64,000 bases of DNA, from NCBI GenBank assembly GCA_964578865.1, contig CAZOES010000004.1, forward strand, positions 12,362-76,361, written 5' to 3'. The notes below the pieces were generated by a model, which searched no databases, was not told the DNA's origin, and saw only the letters and a program-made list of their open reading frames with translations. Below, piece by piece: positions 25,956 through 34,200 of the stretch. Within the stretch, counting starts at the first letter, position 1; every line of letters starts with the position of its first letter. This DNA comes from an uncultured Gemmatimonadaceae bacterium. GTDB taxonomy: Bacteria; Gemmatimonadota; Gemmatimonadetes; Gemmatimonadales; GWC2-71-9. Both the position numbers and the translations under genes were made by a program.

Positions 25956-28268
25956 CTATCTAGTCCAGCGGTACTGGGCGCCGAGGAAGAACGAGCGCGG
26001 CAGACCGGGGGTGAACCGCTCCTGCTGGGCCGGCGCGACGAAGGGATTGAAGCTGGCACTGTTGGCGTAACGGGTGTTGCCCAGATTGTTGACCCGTCCC
26101 ACCAGATCGAATCCGCGGATCACCGGCTGAGTGAAATACAGATTGAACAGATCGTGCCCGCCGTAGGTGTGGGCGTTCTCCGGATCGGTGAAGTACCCGC
26201 CCAGGTGCTGCCACTCCACTGCAATGCTCCCCCGCTGGAAGGGAGTCACCACGAACCGAGTATTGGCGATGTGCTTGGGCGCCGACTCGATCTCATTGCC
26301 GCTGTAGTCGGTTCCGGTCGCCGTGACCCACTCCAGATATTTGTGCTCAGCGTAGGTGTACGCTGCCTCGAGTCGCGCGAAATCGGTGAGCCCAAAGGAG
26401 GCACCAACCTCAATGCCCCGGTGGCGAGTCCGACCGGCATTGGAAGTCTGGGAGCTGAAATCGGTGGTATTGAAGAACGAGAGGATGTCGTCCTTTACCG
26501 ACATGGTGTAGGCCGAAAGCTCGAGCGACACCCGGTCGGATGCCCGGGCCCGAACCCCGGTTTCGTAACTGTTGGCCCGAACCGGATCGAGATCGACGGT
26601 GTTGTCAGCTGATCCCTGGCGGAAGAGCTGATCCTCCGAAGGAACCCGGAAGCTGTGGCGGTAGGACGCGAAGGCGCTGACGCTGGGACTCAGCTCCACG
26701 GCCATTCCCAGCTTGGGGCTGACGTGATCGTACCAGACCGTGGTCGACGCCGGGCGACGATGATTGCCGGTCTGCAGGACACTCAACTGGTTGTCGTAGT
26801 TGTAGCCCAGCCGGTCATAGCGAAGTCCGCCGGTCACCCGAACCCGCGACACCGGTGAGAACTCCGCCTGCAGGTAGGGAGAAATGCTCCGGAAGGTGAC
26901 ATCGTAATCGTAGATCCGGGCCGAGCGGGTGAAGTCGGTAAAGGCTGATCCGCTGGTGACCGGTGTGATCGAATCGCTCTGGTGAGTTCCCGGGCTCAGG
27001 TCGAGATCGAGACCGCCGGTGATACGAGTCCGGAAGGGCGCGAAATCCTTGCGACCCTGGAACATCATGCCCACCGAGTAATTCTGAATCTTCCAGACTT
27101 CCGGGTCATAGGTGAGCTGCCACGAAGGAAGCAGTTCGAGCCGGTCGTAGCGGGCGTATCCGGTGACGCTGAAGCGCGAGCTCTCGCCGACCTTCTCCAG
27201 CCCGGTCGACCAGCGCGCGGCGCGCACCTTCCGAAACGCGATCGGGGTGTAGTTGATCTGCGGGTCGTTCTCGTAATCCGAGCGGCTCACATCGGATCCG
27301 CCGTCGCCCGGTGAATTGATGTTGGAGAATGCCAGCACGGTCTTGAGACGTGCATTGCTGCCGACTGCGCGATCCCAGCGCAGGTTGGCGCTCTCGCGCT
27401 CCTGTTCGGTGCCGTCGCGGTAACCGTCGTAGTGGGTGACGTTGAGATCGGCCCGAAGTCCATTGGCGCCGAAGGTGTTGCTGGCCGAGACCAACGAACG
27501 CTTGTAGCCGTACCGGCCACCCTCGGCAAACAGCTCGACGCTCGGTGTGGCACTGGGTGCCCGGGTCAACACGTTGACCACTCCGCCAATCGCATCGCTG
27601 CCATACAGAGCCGAAGCGGGCCCCTTGAAGACCTCGACCCGTTCGGCGCCGGGAATGTTCACTTCGTACATCGCGTTGTGATTGAAGAAACCGGTCGAGC
27701 GGATCGGGATGCCGTCTTCGAGGTAGGCGTAGACCGGCTTATAGTTGATCGGCTGGCGGAGGGCCATGGTGTTGCCCTCTCCACCCAGATCGACCACCAG
27801 CGCTCCGGGGACCTGGCTCATCAATTCGGCCGGGTGATGGGGGCGGGTCTGGTCGATCGACGTCCGATCCACCACAGCGACAGTCGCTGCGACTTCGGCC
27901 CGCTTCTCTTCTTCCCGGGTGGCGGTGACTACCACATCGGTCATGACTATTGGAGTCTCCTTGAGCGCCACGTCCACGGTGGCCTGACCGTCGGCGGGCA
28001 GGGCGACGTTGCGGCGCTCCGAGGTTCTCCGAATGCCACTGAAGATCACCACCCGCTCTCCCGACGGCACCGCGATGAGGCGCCAGGTTCCCCGAGGTGA
28101 GGTGGTGGTGACCAGCAGACTTCCCTCAATCGAAACTCGAATCCCTTCGAGCGGCTGTCCGGTGACCGCATCGGTGACCGTGCCGTTGAGCATGCCGCTT
28201 CCCTGGGCGGCGAGCTGCGCGGCCGTTCCCAGCCCGAGGGCCAGGAGCAGCGCCAGAATTCGCTTCAT
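25956..28268 (-). CDS. TonB-dependent outer-membrane receptor with N-terminal carboxypeptidase-regulatory-like domain
   Basis: The ORF track start is 28388. The ATG at 28268 has a strong SD (GGAGAGGAAATCATG) and signal peptide MKRILALLLALGLGTAAQLAAQ. CarboxypepD_reg-like segment LNGTVTDAVTGQPLEGIRV. Plug motif VEVFKGPASALYGSDAIGGVVNV. Long barrel. Confidence 0.9.
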   Translation of the reverse strand: MKRILALLLALGLGTAAQLAAQGSGMLNGTVTDAVTGQPLEGIRVSIEGSLLVTTTSPRGTWRLIAVPSGERVVIFSGIRRTSERRNVALPADGQATVDVALKETPIVMTDVVVTATREEEKRAEVAATVAVVDRTSIDQTRPHHPAELMSQVPGALVVDLGGEGNTMALRQPINYKPVYAYLEDGIPIRSTGFFNHNAMYEVNIPGAERVEVFKGPASALYGSDAIGGVVNVLTRAPSATPSVELFAEGGRYGYKRSLVSASNTFGANGLRADLNVTHYDGYRDGTEQERESANLRWDRAVGSNARLKTVLAFSNINSPGDGGSDVSRSDYENDPQINYTPIAFRKVRAARWSTGLEKVGESSRFSVTGYARYDRLELLPSWQLTYDPEVWKIQNYSVGMMFQGRKDFAPFRTRITGGLDLDLSPGTHQSDSITPVTSGSAFTDFTRSARIYDYDVTFRSISPYLQAEFSPVSRVRVTGGLRYDRLGYNYDNQLSVLQTGNHRRPASTTVWYDHVSPKLGMAVELSPSVSAFASYRHSFRVPSEDQLFRQGSADNTVDLDPVRANSYETGVRARASDRVSLELSAYTMSVKDDILSFFNTTDFSSQTSNAGRTRHRGIEVGASFGLTDFARLEAAYTYAEHKYLEWVTATGTDYSGNEIESAPKHIANTRFVVTPFQRGSIAVEWQHLGGYFTDPENAHTYGGHDLFNLYFTQPVIRGFDLVGRVNNLGNTRYANSASFNPFVAPAQQERFTPGLPRSFFLGAQYRWTR

Positions 28269-28443
28269 GATTTCCTCTCCAAGTGTCCGAAGCCGTGGTG
28301 ACTGATGCGGGCTCGGGCCGCCGGATGCGCCACGCGCCGGGAGCCCTGAAGGACTTCCTCGCCCCGGGTCGCGTTTCGCGCTCCCCAAGGGGCTCGGTCG
28401 CCAGAGACTCGATCGTCAGTGCCTGAGTTGTACTGGGGTTACT

Positions 28444-28818
28444 TCAGGACAGCGCGGGAGGTGCGTGGGCGAAGGGAAGGGTGTGAGACGGAGTAGTCAG
28501 GTCGGTGGCAGCGATGAGATGCAGGCCCGATCCAGTCGGTGCCACAACGGCGACGGTGAGAACCGGAGTGCCGCGAGCCGCAGGGAGAGCTGCAACGTGG
28601 CAGGTTCCGACACAATGGCACTGCTCGCGATGGCCGCTCTTGTGATCCATCCCCTGATGGTGGCCTTGGTGGCCGGCCATCGAGGAAGAAGCGGTCCGGG
28701 TGGAGGCTTCGGCGGCCGGGCAGGCGTGCGCCAAGTCGAGCCAAGGGCCTATTACCCCGGGACTCAACAGAATGGCAAGCGCTGCCAGGAGGGTCCGAAG
28801 ACCGGTCTGCGGCTTCAT
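28444..28818 (-). CDS. small exported His/Cys-rich protein (DUF2946-like, inferred)
   Basis: 124 aa. Signal peptide MKPQTGLRTLLAALAILLSPG. His-rich tract HQGHHQGMDHKSGH, then QCHCVGTCH. C-terminus ...FAHAPPALS. First gene of the same-strand array ending in ctaG. Confidence 0.6.
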   Translation of the reverse strand: MKPQTGLRTLLAALAILLSPGVIGPWLDLAHACPAAEASTRTASSSMAGHQGHHQGMDHKSGHREQCHCVGTCHVAALPAARGTPVLTVAVVAPTGSGLHLIAATDLTTPSHTLPFAHAPPALS

Positions 28819-28976
28819 GAGGGCGGTAGTCTAGACTTTGGGCGCCGGGCTGGCAAGACGGAAGCCTCAGAGTGGGGGATTCGGGTGTTGGTCGCGTTTC
28901 CCCCTTGTGGCGGCGGAGGCCTCGACGCAATCGACTGATAGCAGCCTCTCGCCCCTTCCCTCAAACTCAAAGCCTC

Positions 28977-30224
28977 ATGATCAGTGACTCGCCATGCCAC
29001 CGGCGCCGGCGTCGGCTGGCAGCGATCCATACGGTGGGAATACTCGCACTGGGGTTGCTTCCACTCCAGTTCCAGGTAGCGCAGGCTGGCGTTCTTGCCA
29101 GCCGGAGTGCCGGCTTGCAGTCGATAGTTAGCAGTGCAGGTCCGGCGATGGATAGCCTGGCGCTTTGGGAGGGCATGCCGCGGGGACCGTTCGCCACCGG
29201 ATTCCGGAGCTTCGTGGTAGAGCGCACGACGCCGGACGGCGCAAAGCGCCAGATTCGGGTGTCGCTATGGTACCCCGCGCGCGAGGCAGCGGCGGGGCCG
29301 CGGCTGCGGCTCGGCGATCTTTTTCGAATCGTGCTGGACGAGGGGCAGCTCCCGGACGCAGCTGCCGAGTCCATGGAGGGGGGCCTGGCAGTGGCCATGA
29401 CGGGCGATCGCGGTGGTCTGGCGCCCGAACGAGCTCGTCAGGCACTGGCCACCCCGCTGCTGGCCCGGCCCGATGCGCCGGCCAGTCCGGGCCGGTTCCC
29501 CATAGCACTCTGGACCTCACGACACGCGACCGTGCTGGCCCAGGTTCCCCTGTCGGAGATCCTCGCCAGTCACGGTGTCATAGTCGCGACGGCCTGGTCG
29601 TCGGATCCGCCCTTAGCGTTTCTCTGGGAGGACCGGTCCGAGGCCGACAAGCTTGCGACAATGGAGAGTCACACGGCCGACTTGCAGCACGCGCTGCGGA
29701 CGGTTGGAGACCTCATGCCCGCCGACACCACGCGGATCCTGCTGCTGGCTTGGAGTTACGGCGGCCAGACGGCGGCCCGGCTGCAGGAGCGTCTCTCCAC
29801 CACTCGGGCCATCGTGAGCCTGGATGCGAACGTGGTTCCGGCGCGTGCCGAAGAACGGCTGGACCTGCGGCATCCTCTGGTTTTCCTGTACGGACAGGAC
29901 AGCACCCGGCGGGGCGTGGAACTGCTCGATCGGCTGGGAGCGACGGTTTTCGGGGCCCGTCTCCCGGGCCTTGCCCACGGAAACTTCAACGCCCTCGAGG
30001 GCTACCTCCCGGCGGTGCTGGGCGCGGATACCGTGTTCCGCTGGTCGAAGGGCGGTGCGATCGCCCGGGACGGCTACCGGGCCGTGGTGCGGATGGTCGT
30101 GCGGTCTGCGGGGCTATTTCTGTTCGGCCCGCCCCCGACTGAGGCGATGGTACTCGAGGAGCTTGGGCGTGCGGCGGCTCCTGTGCCGGTGGCAGTTCGC
30201 CGTCCAGGGTCCGCGCCGCCTTAG
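28977..30224 (+). CDS. hypothetical alpha/beta-hydrolase-like exported protein
   Basis: The ORF track start is 28872. The ATG at 28977 gives MISDSPCHRRRRRLAAIHTVGILALGLL (RR-containing signal). Nucleophile-elbow-like ILLLAWSYGGQTAARL. Later motifs SLDANVV and LPGLAHGNFNAL. Paralog of 30262-31308. Confidence 0.5.
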   Translation: MISDSPCHRRRRRLAAIHTVGILALGLLPLQFQVAQAGVLASRSAGLQSIVSSAGPAMDSLALWEGMPRGPFATGFRSFVVERTTPDGAKRQIRVSLWYPAREAAAGPRLRLGDLFRIVLDEGQLPDAAAESMEGGLAVAMTGDRGGLAPERARQALATPLLARPDAPASPGRFPIALWTSRHATVLAQVPLSEILASHGVIVATAWSSDPPLAFLWEDRSEADKLATMESHTADLQHALRTVGDLMPADTTRILLLAWSYGGQTAARLQERLSTTRAIVSLDANVVPARAEERLDLRHPLVFLYGQDSTRRGVELLDRLGATVFGARLPGLAHGNFNALEGYLPAVLGADTVFRWSKGGAIARDGYRAVVRMVVRSAGLFLFGPPPTEAMVLEELGRAAAPVPVAVRRPGSAPP

Positions 30225-30261
30225 CCATCTCCCATGGGTTGAGCACTGGAGTGCGAGTGCC

Positions 30262-31308
30262 CTACTCCGCCCGCCACGCGGGTCCCGGAAGGATGGTCAT
30301 GACCGCTGCCCCGGTCACTGTCTCTCGGACAAACCTGACAACCAGCTCTTTCATGGTCGCCAACTGCGGACCTGCCGAATCCGTGCCGCGGCCGGGAAGC
30401 CAGAGCAAGTAGGGGTCCGCGAAGCCGGCGTGGGGAATGCCCGGCACCCGGGCCCGGAGCCGCCGCGCCGACCCGGCCGAATCGCCGACCCACCGGCTGC
30501 CGGCCACCGGCCCGGCTCGCCCGGCCTCGAGCAACAGCAGGGGGACCCGGAGTGTCGCGGGCCGAAACCCCATCGCTTTGAGCACCTCCTCGCCATAGGC
30601 ATAAGCCAAGGCGGCATCGAGGCTCACCAACCCGCGCACCTCGTCTTGCGCGGCCCCTATCCGCGCCGCGGCAACGCCGCCCAGGCTCCATGCAACCAGA
30701 ACAACCGGCTGGGGTCCCCGGGCAGCCCGGGCATCGGCCAAGAGCGCCAACGCCTCCTGCTCCTGTCGCCGGACGCTCGCAGTGTCGAAACCGCCAAGCG
30801 GCCTGCAGGGGGCCCATGCTAGCACTTCGAGGCCTGCTGCGGCGAGCTGCTCCGCGAGAGTGGTATGGAACCACGGCTCCGCGCTGGGTCCGCTCAAGAT
30901 GAGCACCCGGCCGATCGGTACCCGCTTCGCGGGCGGCGCGTCGCGCACAGCCAAGAGCTTCCGAGAGAGTACCGGTACCATATCCTGCGGCTGGATGGGG
31001 CGCCCGAGTTGCTCGCTCAGCCAGGTCGCGAAGCCCTCCGGGTTCCCAGGGCCAGCACTGCAGCCACCGTAAAGGACGTAGTCGCCGACGGCGAGTCTCG
31101 CGCCCCCGGCGCGGGCGGGGTACCACCTGGCTACCGCGAGAGATTCGCTCCCAATCACGACGAGAGAGGTCGTCACGCCGACTTGCGCCTGCGCCTCCTC
31201 CGGCACGACGGCAGTCCCGAAGAGAGCCAGAATCGACAGGAGATGCCTCCCGAAAGACCGGGGCGCATCGAAGTCCTCGCGTCGCAGCGCGCTTGCCGGA
31301 CGAGTCAT
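30262..31308 (-). CDS. hypothetical alpha/beta-hydrolase-like exported protein (paralog)
   Basis: The ORF track start is 31500. The ATG at 31308 gives MTRPASALRREDFDAPRSFGRHLLSILALFGTAVV and avoids overlap with phzF. Motifs VVLVAWSLGGVAAARI, SLDAALA and VPGIPHAGFADP parallel those of 28977-30224. Confidence 0.5.
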   Translation of the reverse strand: MTRPASALRREDFDAPRSFGRHLLSILALFGTAVVPEEAQAQVGVTTSLVVIGSESLAVARWYPARAGGARLAVGDYVLYGGCSAGPGNPEGFATWLSEQLGRPIQPQDMVPVLSRKLLAVRDAPPAKRVPIGRVLILSGPSAEPWFHTTLAEQLAAAGLEVLAWAPCRPLGGFDTASVRRQEQEALALLADARAARGPQPVVLVAWSLGGVAAARIGAAQDEVRGLVSLDAALAYAYGEEVLKAMGFRPATLRVPLLLLEAGRAGPVAGSRWVGDSAGSARRLRARVPGIPHAGFADPYLLWLPGRGTDSAGPQLATMKELVVRFVRETVTGAAVMTILPGPAWRAE

Positions 31309-31447
31309 CGGTATTGGATCCTGCCGGTGCGGGCGACGGCCGTCTGACGCCGGGGCGTCTCTCCCGGTTTCATCACCCTTCGCGTCCGTGCGACAGCAAT
31401 CGTCTGATAGCGGCGCGGAGGGCGGCTGACCACGTCCACCGGTCGGG

Positions 31448-32254
31448 CTACGACGGCGTACCCGGCAGTTCGATGATCCCTGACAGGTATAGAACCGCAC
31501 TCCCCGTCAGGAATACCCGGTCGCCGCGGAGTTCGCACTGCATCGAGCCGCCCCGGGGCGAGGCCTGAAACGCGGTGAGTGTTGTCTTGCCGAGCTTCCG
31601 TGACCAGTACGGCGTCAGGGCACAGTGAATCGAGCCGGTGGCAGGATCTTCGGGAATACCATAGCTCGGGGCGAAATAACGGGACACCATGTCGGTCGCG
31701 CTTCCCTGGGCCGTGGCCACCAGTCCGTACGGGTGAAGCGTCTCGACCACTTCCAGTTTGGGATTGAGCTGACGGACCATCGCCTCGCTCGGGAGGACGG
31801 CGTAATAGTTAGGGTCGGCCTCCACCTTGAGTACTTCCACCGGTGTCACCCCGAGGCCTTCTGCGATTTCCCTGGGTGGATTGCCGACTATGTCGAACCC
31901 AAAGGCCGGGAAATCGAGGGTGTAGCCCTCGCCGGAGCGGGAGACAATCAGGCTGCCGCTGAGCGAATCGAACTCTACCCGGCTCACTGATGGGTCGAGG
32001 TGCTGCATGATGACAGAGGCCGAGGCCAGGGTGGCGTGGCCGCAGAGTACCACCTCCTGGGTCGGGGTGAACCACCGCAGGTGATACCCGCCACCTCGGG
32101 GAACCAAGTAGGCCGTCTCGGCCAGGTTGTTCTCGGTGGCGATGGCCTGAAGAGTCGAATCCGGCAGCCATTGCTCCAGCGGCACCACGGCAGCCGGGTT
32201 CCCCCGAAAGACCTGGTCGGCGAAGGCGTCGATCTGGAAAATCCTGAGTTGCAC
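31448..32254 (-). CDS. PhzF-family isomerase
   Basis: 268 aa. MQLRIFQIDAFADQVFRGNPAAVVP...NNLAETAYL...LCGHATLA is the standard PhzF/YddE N-terminal pattern. Confidence 0.88.
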   Translation of the reverse strand: MQLRIFQIDAFADQVFRGNPAAVVPLEQWLPDSTLQAIATENNLAETAYLVPRGGGYHLRWFTPTQEVVLCGHATLASASVIMQHLDPSVSRVEFDSLSGSLIVSRSGEGYTLDFPAFGFDIVGNPPREIAEGLGVTPVEVLKVEADPNYYAVLPSEAMVRQLNPKLEVVETLHPYGLVATAQGSATDMVSRYFAPSYGIPEDPATGSIHCALTPYWSRKLGKTTLTAFQASPRGGSMQCELRGDRVFLTGSAVLYLSGIIELPGTPS

Positions 32255-32277
32255 CGGCGTCTCCGATTCAGAATTTG

Positions 32278-33057
32278 CTAGGGCTCCCCTCCCTCCAATC
32301 TGCGCTCCAATTCTAATCGCCGTTCGCGAGTAACCTTGAGGCGGGCCCCGGTGTTCAGGACCACGATGCCCGCCCCGCGCTCTTCGGCCTCAACCGACTG
32401 AATCCGGGAGAGACTCACGATGGCCGAGCGATGCACCCGGATGAAGTGGCGGGGATTGAGGCGCTGCTCCAGCGAGTTGAGCGTCTCTCGCAGCAGATGG
32501 ACTGTCGGACCCACATGGAGCTTGGCGTAGTAGTCGGCGCCTTCGATCCAATCGATCTCACGAGTCTGCACCACCACGATCTGGCCGACTTCGCGAACGA
32601 TCAACCGGCCGACTCCCCGAGGCCGATCCGGCATCAGCGTGGCCAGGGCCGCGGCGACCCGGTTCTGCAGATCCTGATCCTCGGCGGGTGATCTCAGCCG
32701 GCGCACCCGTTCGATTGTCTGGGTGAGTCGCTCGGTGGTAACCGGCTTGAGCAAGTAGTCGACGGCATGCAGCTCGAACGCGCGGATGGCGTAGGCGTCG
32801 TGCGCCGTTACGAATACCACCTGTGGAAAGGAATCCCGGGGTAGCGACTCCACCAGTTCCATGCCACTCATCCCCGGCATCTGAATGTCCACGAACAGGA
32901 TGTCGGGCTGGTCTTTGGCGATTGCCACGAGAGCCGAACCCCCGTCGGCAAACGATCCAATCACCTGCACTGATGGAAAGCGCTCAATCAGCTCTACCAT
33001 CCCTTCCCGGGCCAGCGGCTCATCGTCGACCACCACTACCCTGAGCGGCTTCATCAC
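32278..33057 (-). CDS. LytR/AlgR-family response regulator (REC + LytTR DNA-binding domain)
   Basis: REC motifs VVVVDDEPLAREG, VDIQMPGMSGME and YLLKP. LytTR segment IDWIEGADYYAKLHV...HRSAIVSL. The start overlaps the kinase stop. Confidence 0.9.
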   Translation of the reverse strand: MMKPLRVVVVDDEPLAREGMVELIERFPSVQVIGSFADGGSALVAIAKDQPDILFVDIQMPGMSGMELVESLPRDSFPQVVFVTAHDAYAIRAFELHAVDYLLKPVTTERLTQTIERVRRLRSPAEDQDLQNRVAAALATLMPDRPRGVGRLIVREVGQIVVVQTREIDWIEGADYYAKLHVGPTVHLLRETLNSLEQRLNPRHFIRVHRSAIVSLSRIQSVEAEERGAGIVVLNTGARLKVTRERRLELERRLEGGEP

Positions 33058-34166
33058 CGGCCGGTCTCACGATTCGACGGAATGGTCACCCTGACCATCA
33101 CCCCCCTTCCGTCAGCTCCCGCCGTCATGACGAGTTGGGCCCGGTCGCCATAAAGTCCTGCCAGCCGGGCTCGAGTGTTGCCCAGGCCGGTGCCATCAGG
33201 TGATGGGTCGCTGCGGGCCAGGCCGGCGCCGTCGTCGAGGATCGTAAGGGTCAGCCGGTCGTCGTGGGTCTCGGCCCTGACTGTCAGATGGAGGACAGTG
33301 TCCGAGTCGATGAATCCGTGGCGAATGGCGTTCTCGGTGAGTGGTTGAAGCAGAAAAGAAGGAACCACCCGCTGATGAAGCTCGGTGGGAATGTCGATCT
33401 CAGTCTGCAGTCTGGTGCCATAGCGAACCTGCTCGATCCCGAGATACTGCCGCAGGGCCGCGAGTTCAACACCCAAGGTCACCAGCTGCTGGCTCGAGGA
33501 TTCGAGCGAATGCCGCAGCAATCCCGCCAGCCCCGTTACCATCCGTTCCACCGCATCGCTTTGCCCTCGGCGGGCGAGGACCGCGATGCTGTTGAGCGCG
33601 TTGAACAGAAAGTGAGGGTTGAGCTGGGCCCGCAGGGTATCAAGCTGGGCATCGGCCAGCTGGCCATGAAGCCTGGCGGCGGTGGTTTCGAGCTGACGGG
33701 CTCGCTGGATCGTCAGGTAACCCCAGGCGACCGCGATGACGGCGGCGCCCAGCAGAAGGTTGGTCGGCGCGTTGTGGCCCTGCAGGTGATGAAAGCTGGC
33801 GGGCCACCCCTGTCCGGGAGGCATAACCAGTTTGTGAACTGGCAACGAAAGGGCCGGGACCACGACCAATGGGAGCAGCGCGAGCAGCAGAATCAGTGGA
33901 ATGCCGATCCAGATCGATGGGCGACGGTCTACCATCCGGCGAACCACGGGCACCAGTACGATCGACCAGATGGACCATGCGATCCAGTAGGCACCCTGAG
34001 TTTCCACCACCGTGAACCAAGGCAGGGGCGGGTCGAGCGCGGCGTTGAATTCGAAGGCCTGAATAGTTCGGAGCGCGAACACCACCAGGGCGGTCGCGCT
34101 CAAGATGAAATACAGGGAGAAGGGCTGCCGGCGATCCGAGCCGCTGTCGGCTGGGGTTGGACTCAT
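33054..34166 (-). CDS. LytS/YehU-type sensor histidine kinase (His_kinase PF06580-like + HATPase_c)
   Basis: The ORF track start is 34283. The ATG at 34166 avoids overlap with the permease gene. Multi-TM N-terminus. H-box LNPHFLFNALNSIAVL. N-box LTENAIRHGF. G-box ILDDGAGL. Confidence 0.85.
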   Translation of the reverse strand: MSPTPADSGSDRRQPFSLYFILSATALVVFALRTIQAFEFNAALDPPLPWFTVVETQGAYWIAWSIWSIVLVPVVRRMVDRRPSIWIGIPLILLLALLPLVVVPALSLPVHKLVMPPGQGWPASFHHLQGHNAPTNLLLGAAVIAVAWGYLTIQRARQLETTAARLHGQLADAQLDTLRAQLNPHFLFNALNSIAVLARRGQSDAVERMVTGLAGLLRHSLESSSQQLVTLGVELAALRQYLGIEQVRYGTRLQTEIDIPTELHQRVVPSFLLQPLTENAIRHGFIDSDTVLHLTVRAETHDDRLTLTILDDGAGLARSDPSPDGTGLGNTRARLAGLYGDRAQLVMTAGADGRGVMVRVTIPSNRETGR

Positions 34167-34200
34167 GCCGATAACATACTGAGTTCCCCAGCCATCCGAT

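Noticed and set aside
25875-25960. An abrupt AT-rich stretch encodes the signal peptide of the BNR lipoprotein (MKNNIKNLLFNLGNL...). It could be a recombination or HGT seam.
   Set aside because: Only about 80 nt are affected and the rest of the gene has host-like composition. Reduced GC and weak structure around start codons is a common translational feature. There are no flanking repeats or mobility genes.
28269-28388. The ORF track gives N-terminal extensions for several genes (for example 28388, 39307, 48609, 62313, 31500, 34283, 54802, 53952).
   Set aside because: In each case an internal ATG sits behind a good Shine-Dalgarno or forms a 1-4-nt overlap with the upstream stop. That ATG yields a canonical signal peptide or family-typical N-terminus. 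The extensions are Arg/Pro-rich and overlap neighbouring genes.
28269-28443. Possible cobalamin or other riboswitch in the long leader of the TonB receptor.
   Set aside because: There is no B12-box-like GCCACTG core and no other riboswitch consensus that I can recognise. It is kept only as a low-interest structured-leader finding.
29165-31126. Long overlapping ORFs in alternative frames (29165-30142 +, 29824-30822 +, 30221-31126 -) lie across the two hydrolase-like genes.
   Set aside because: They have the same GC-driven artefact composition (poly-Arg/Pro/Gly). They are mutually incompatible and lack signal peptides or motifs. The chosen frames show collinear paralogous motifs.
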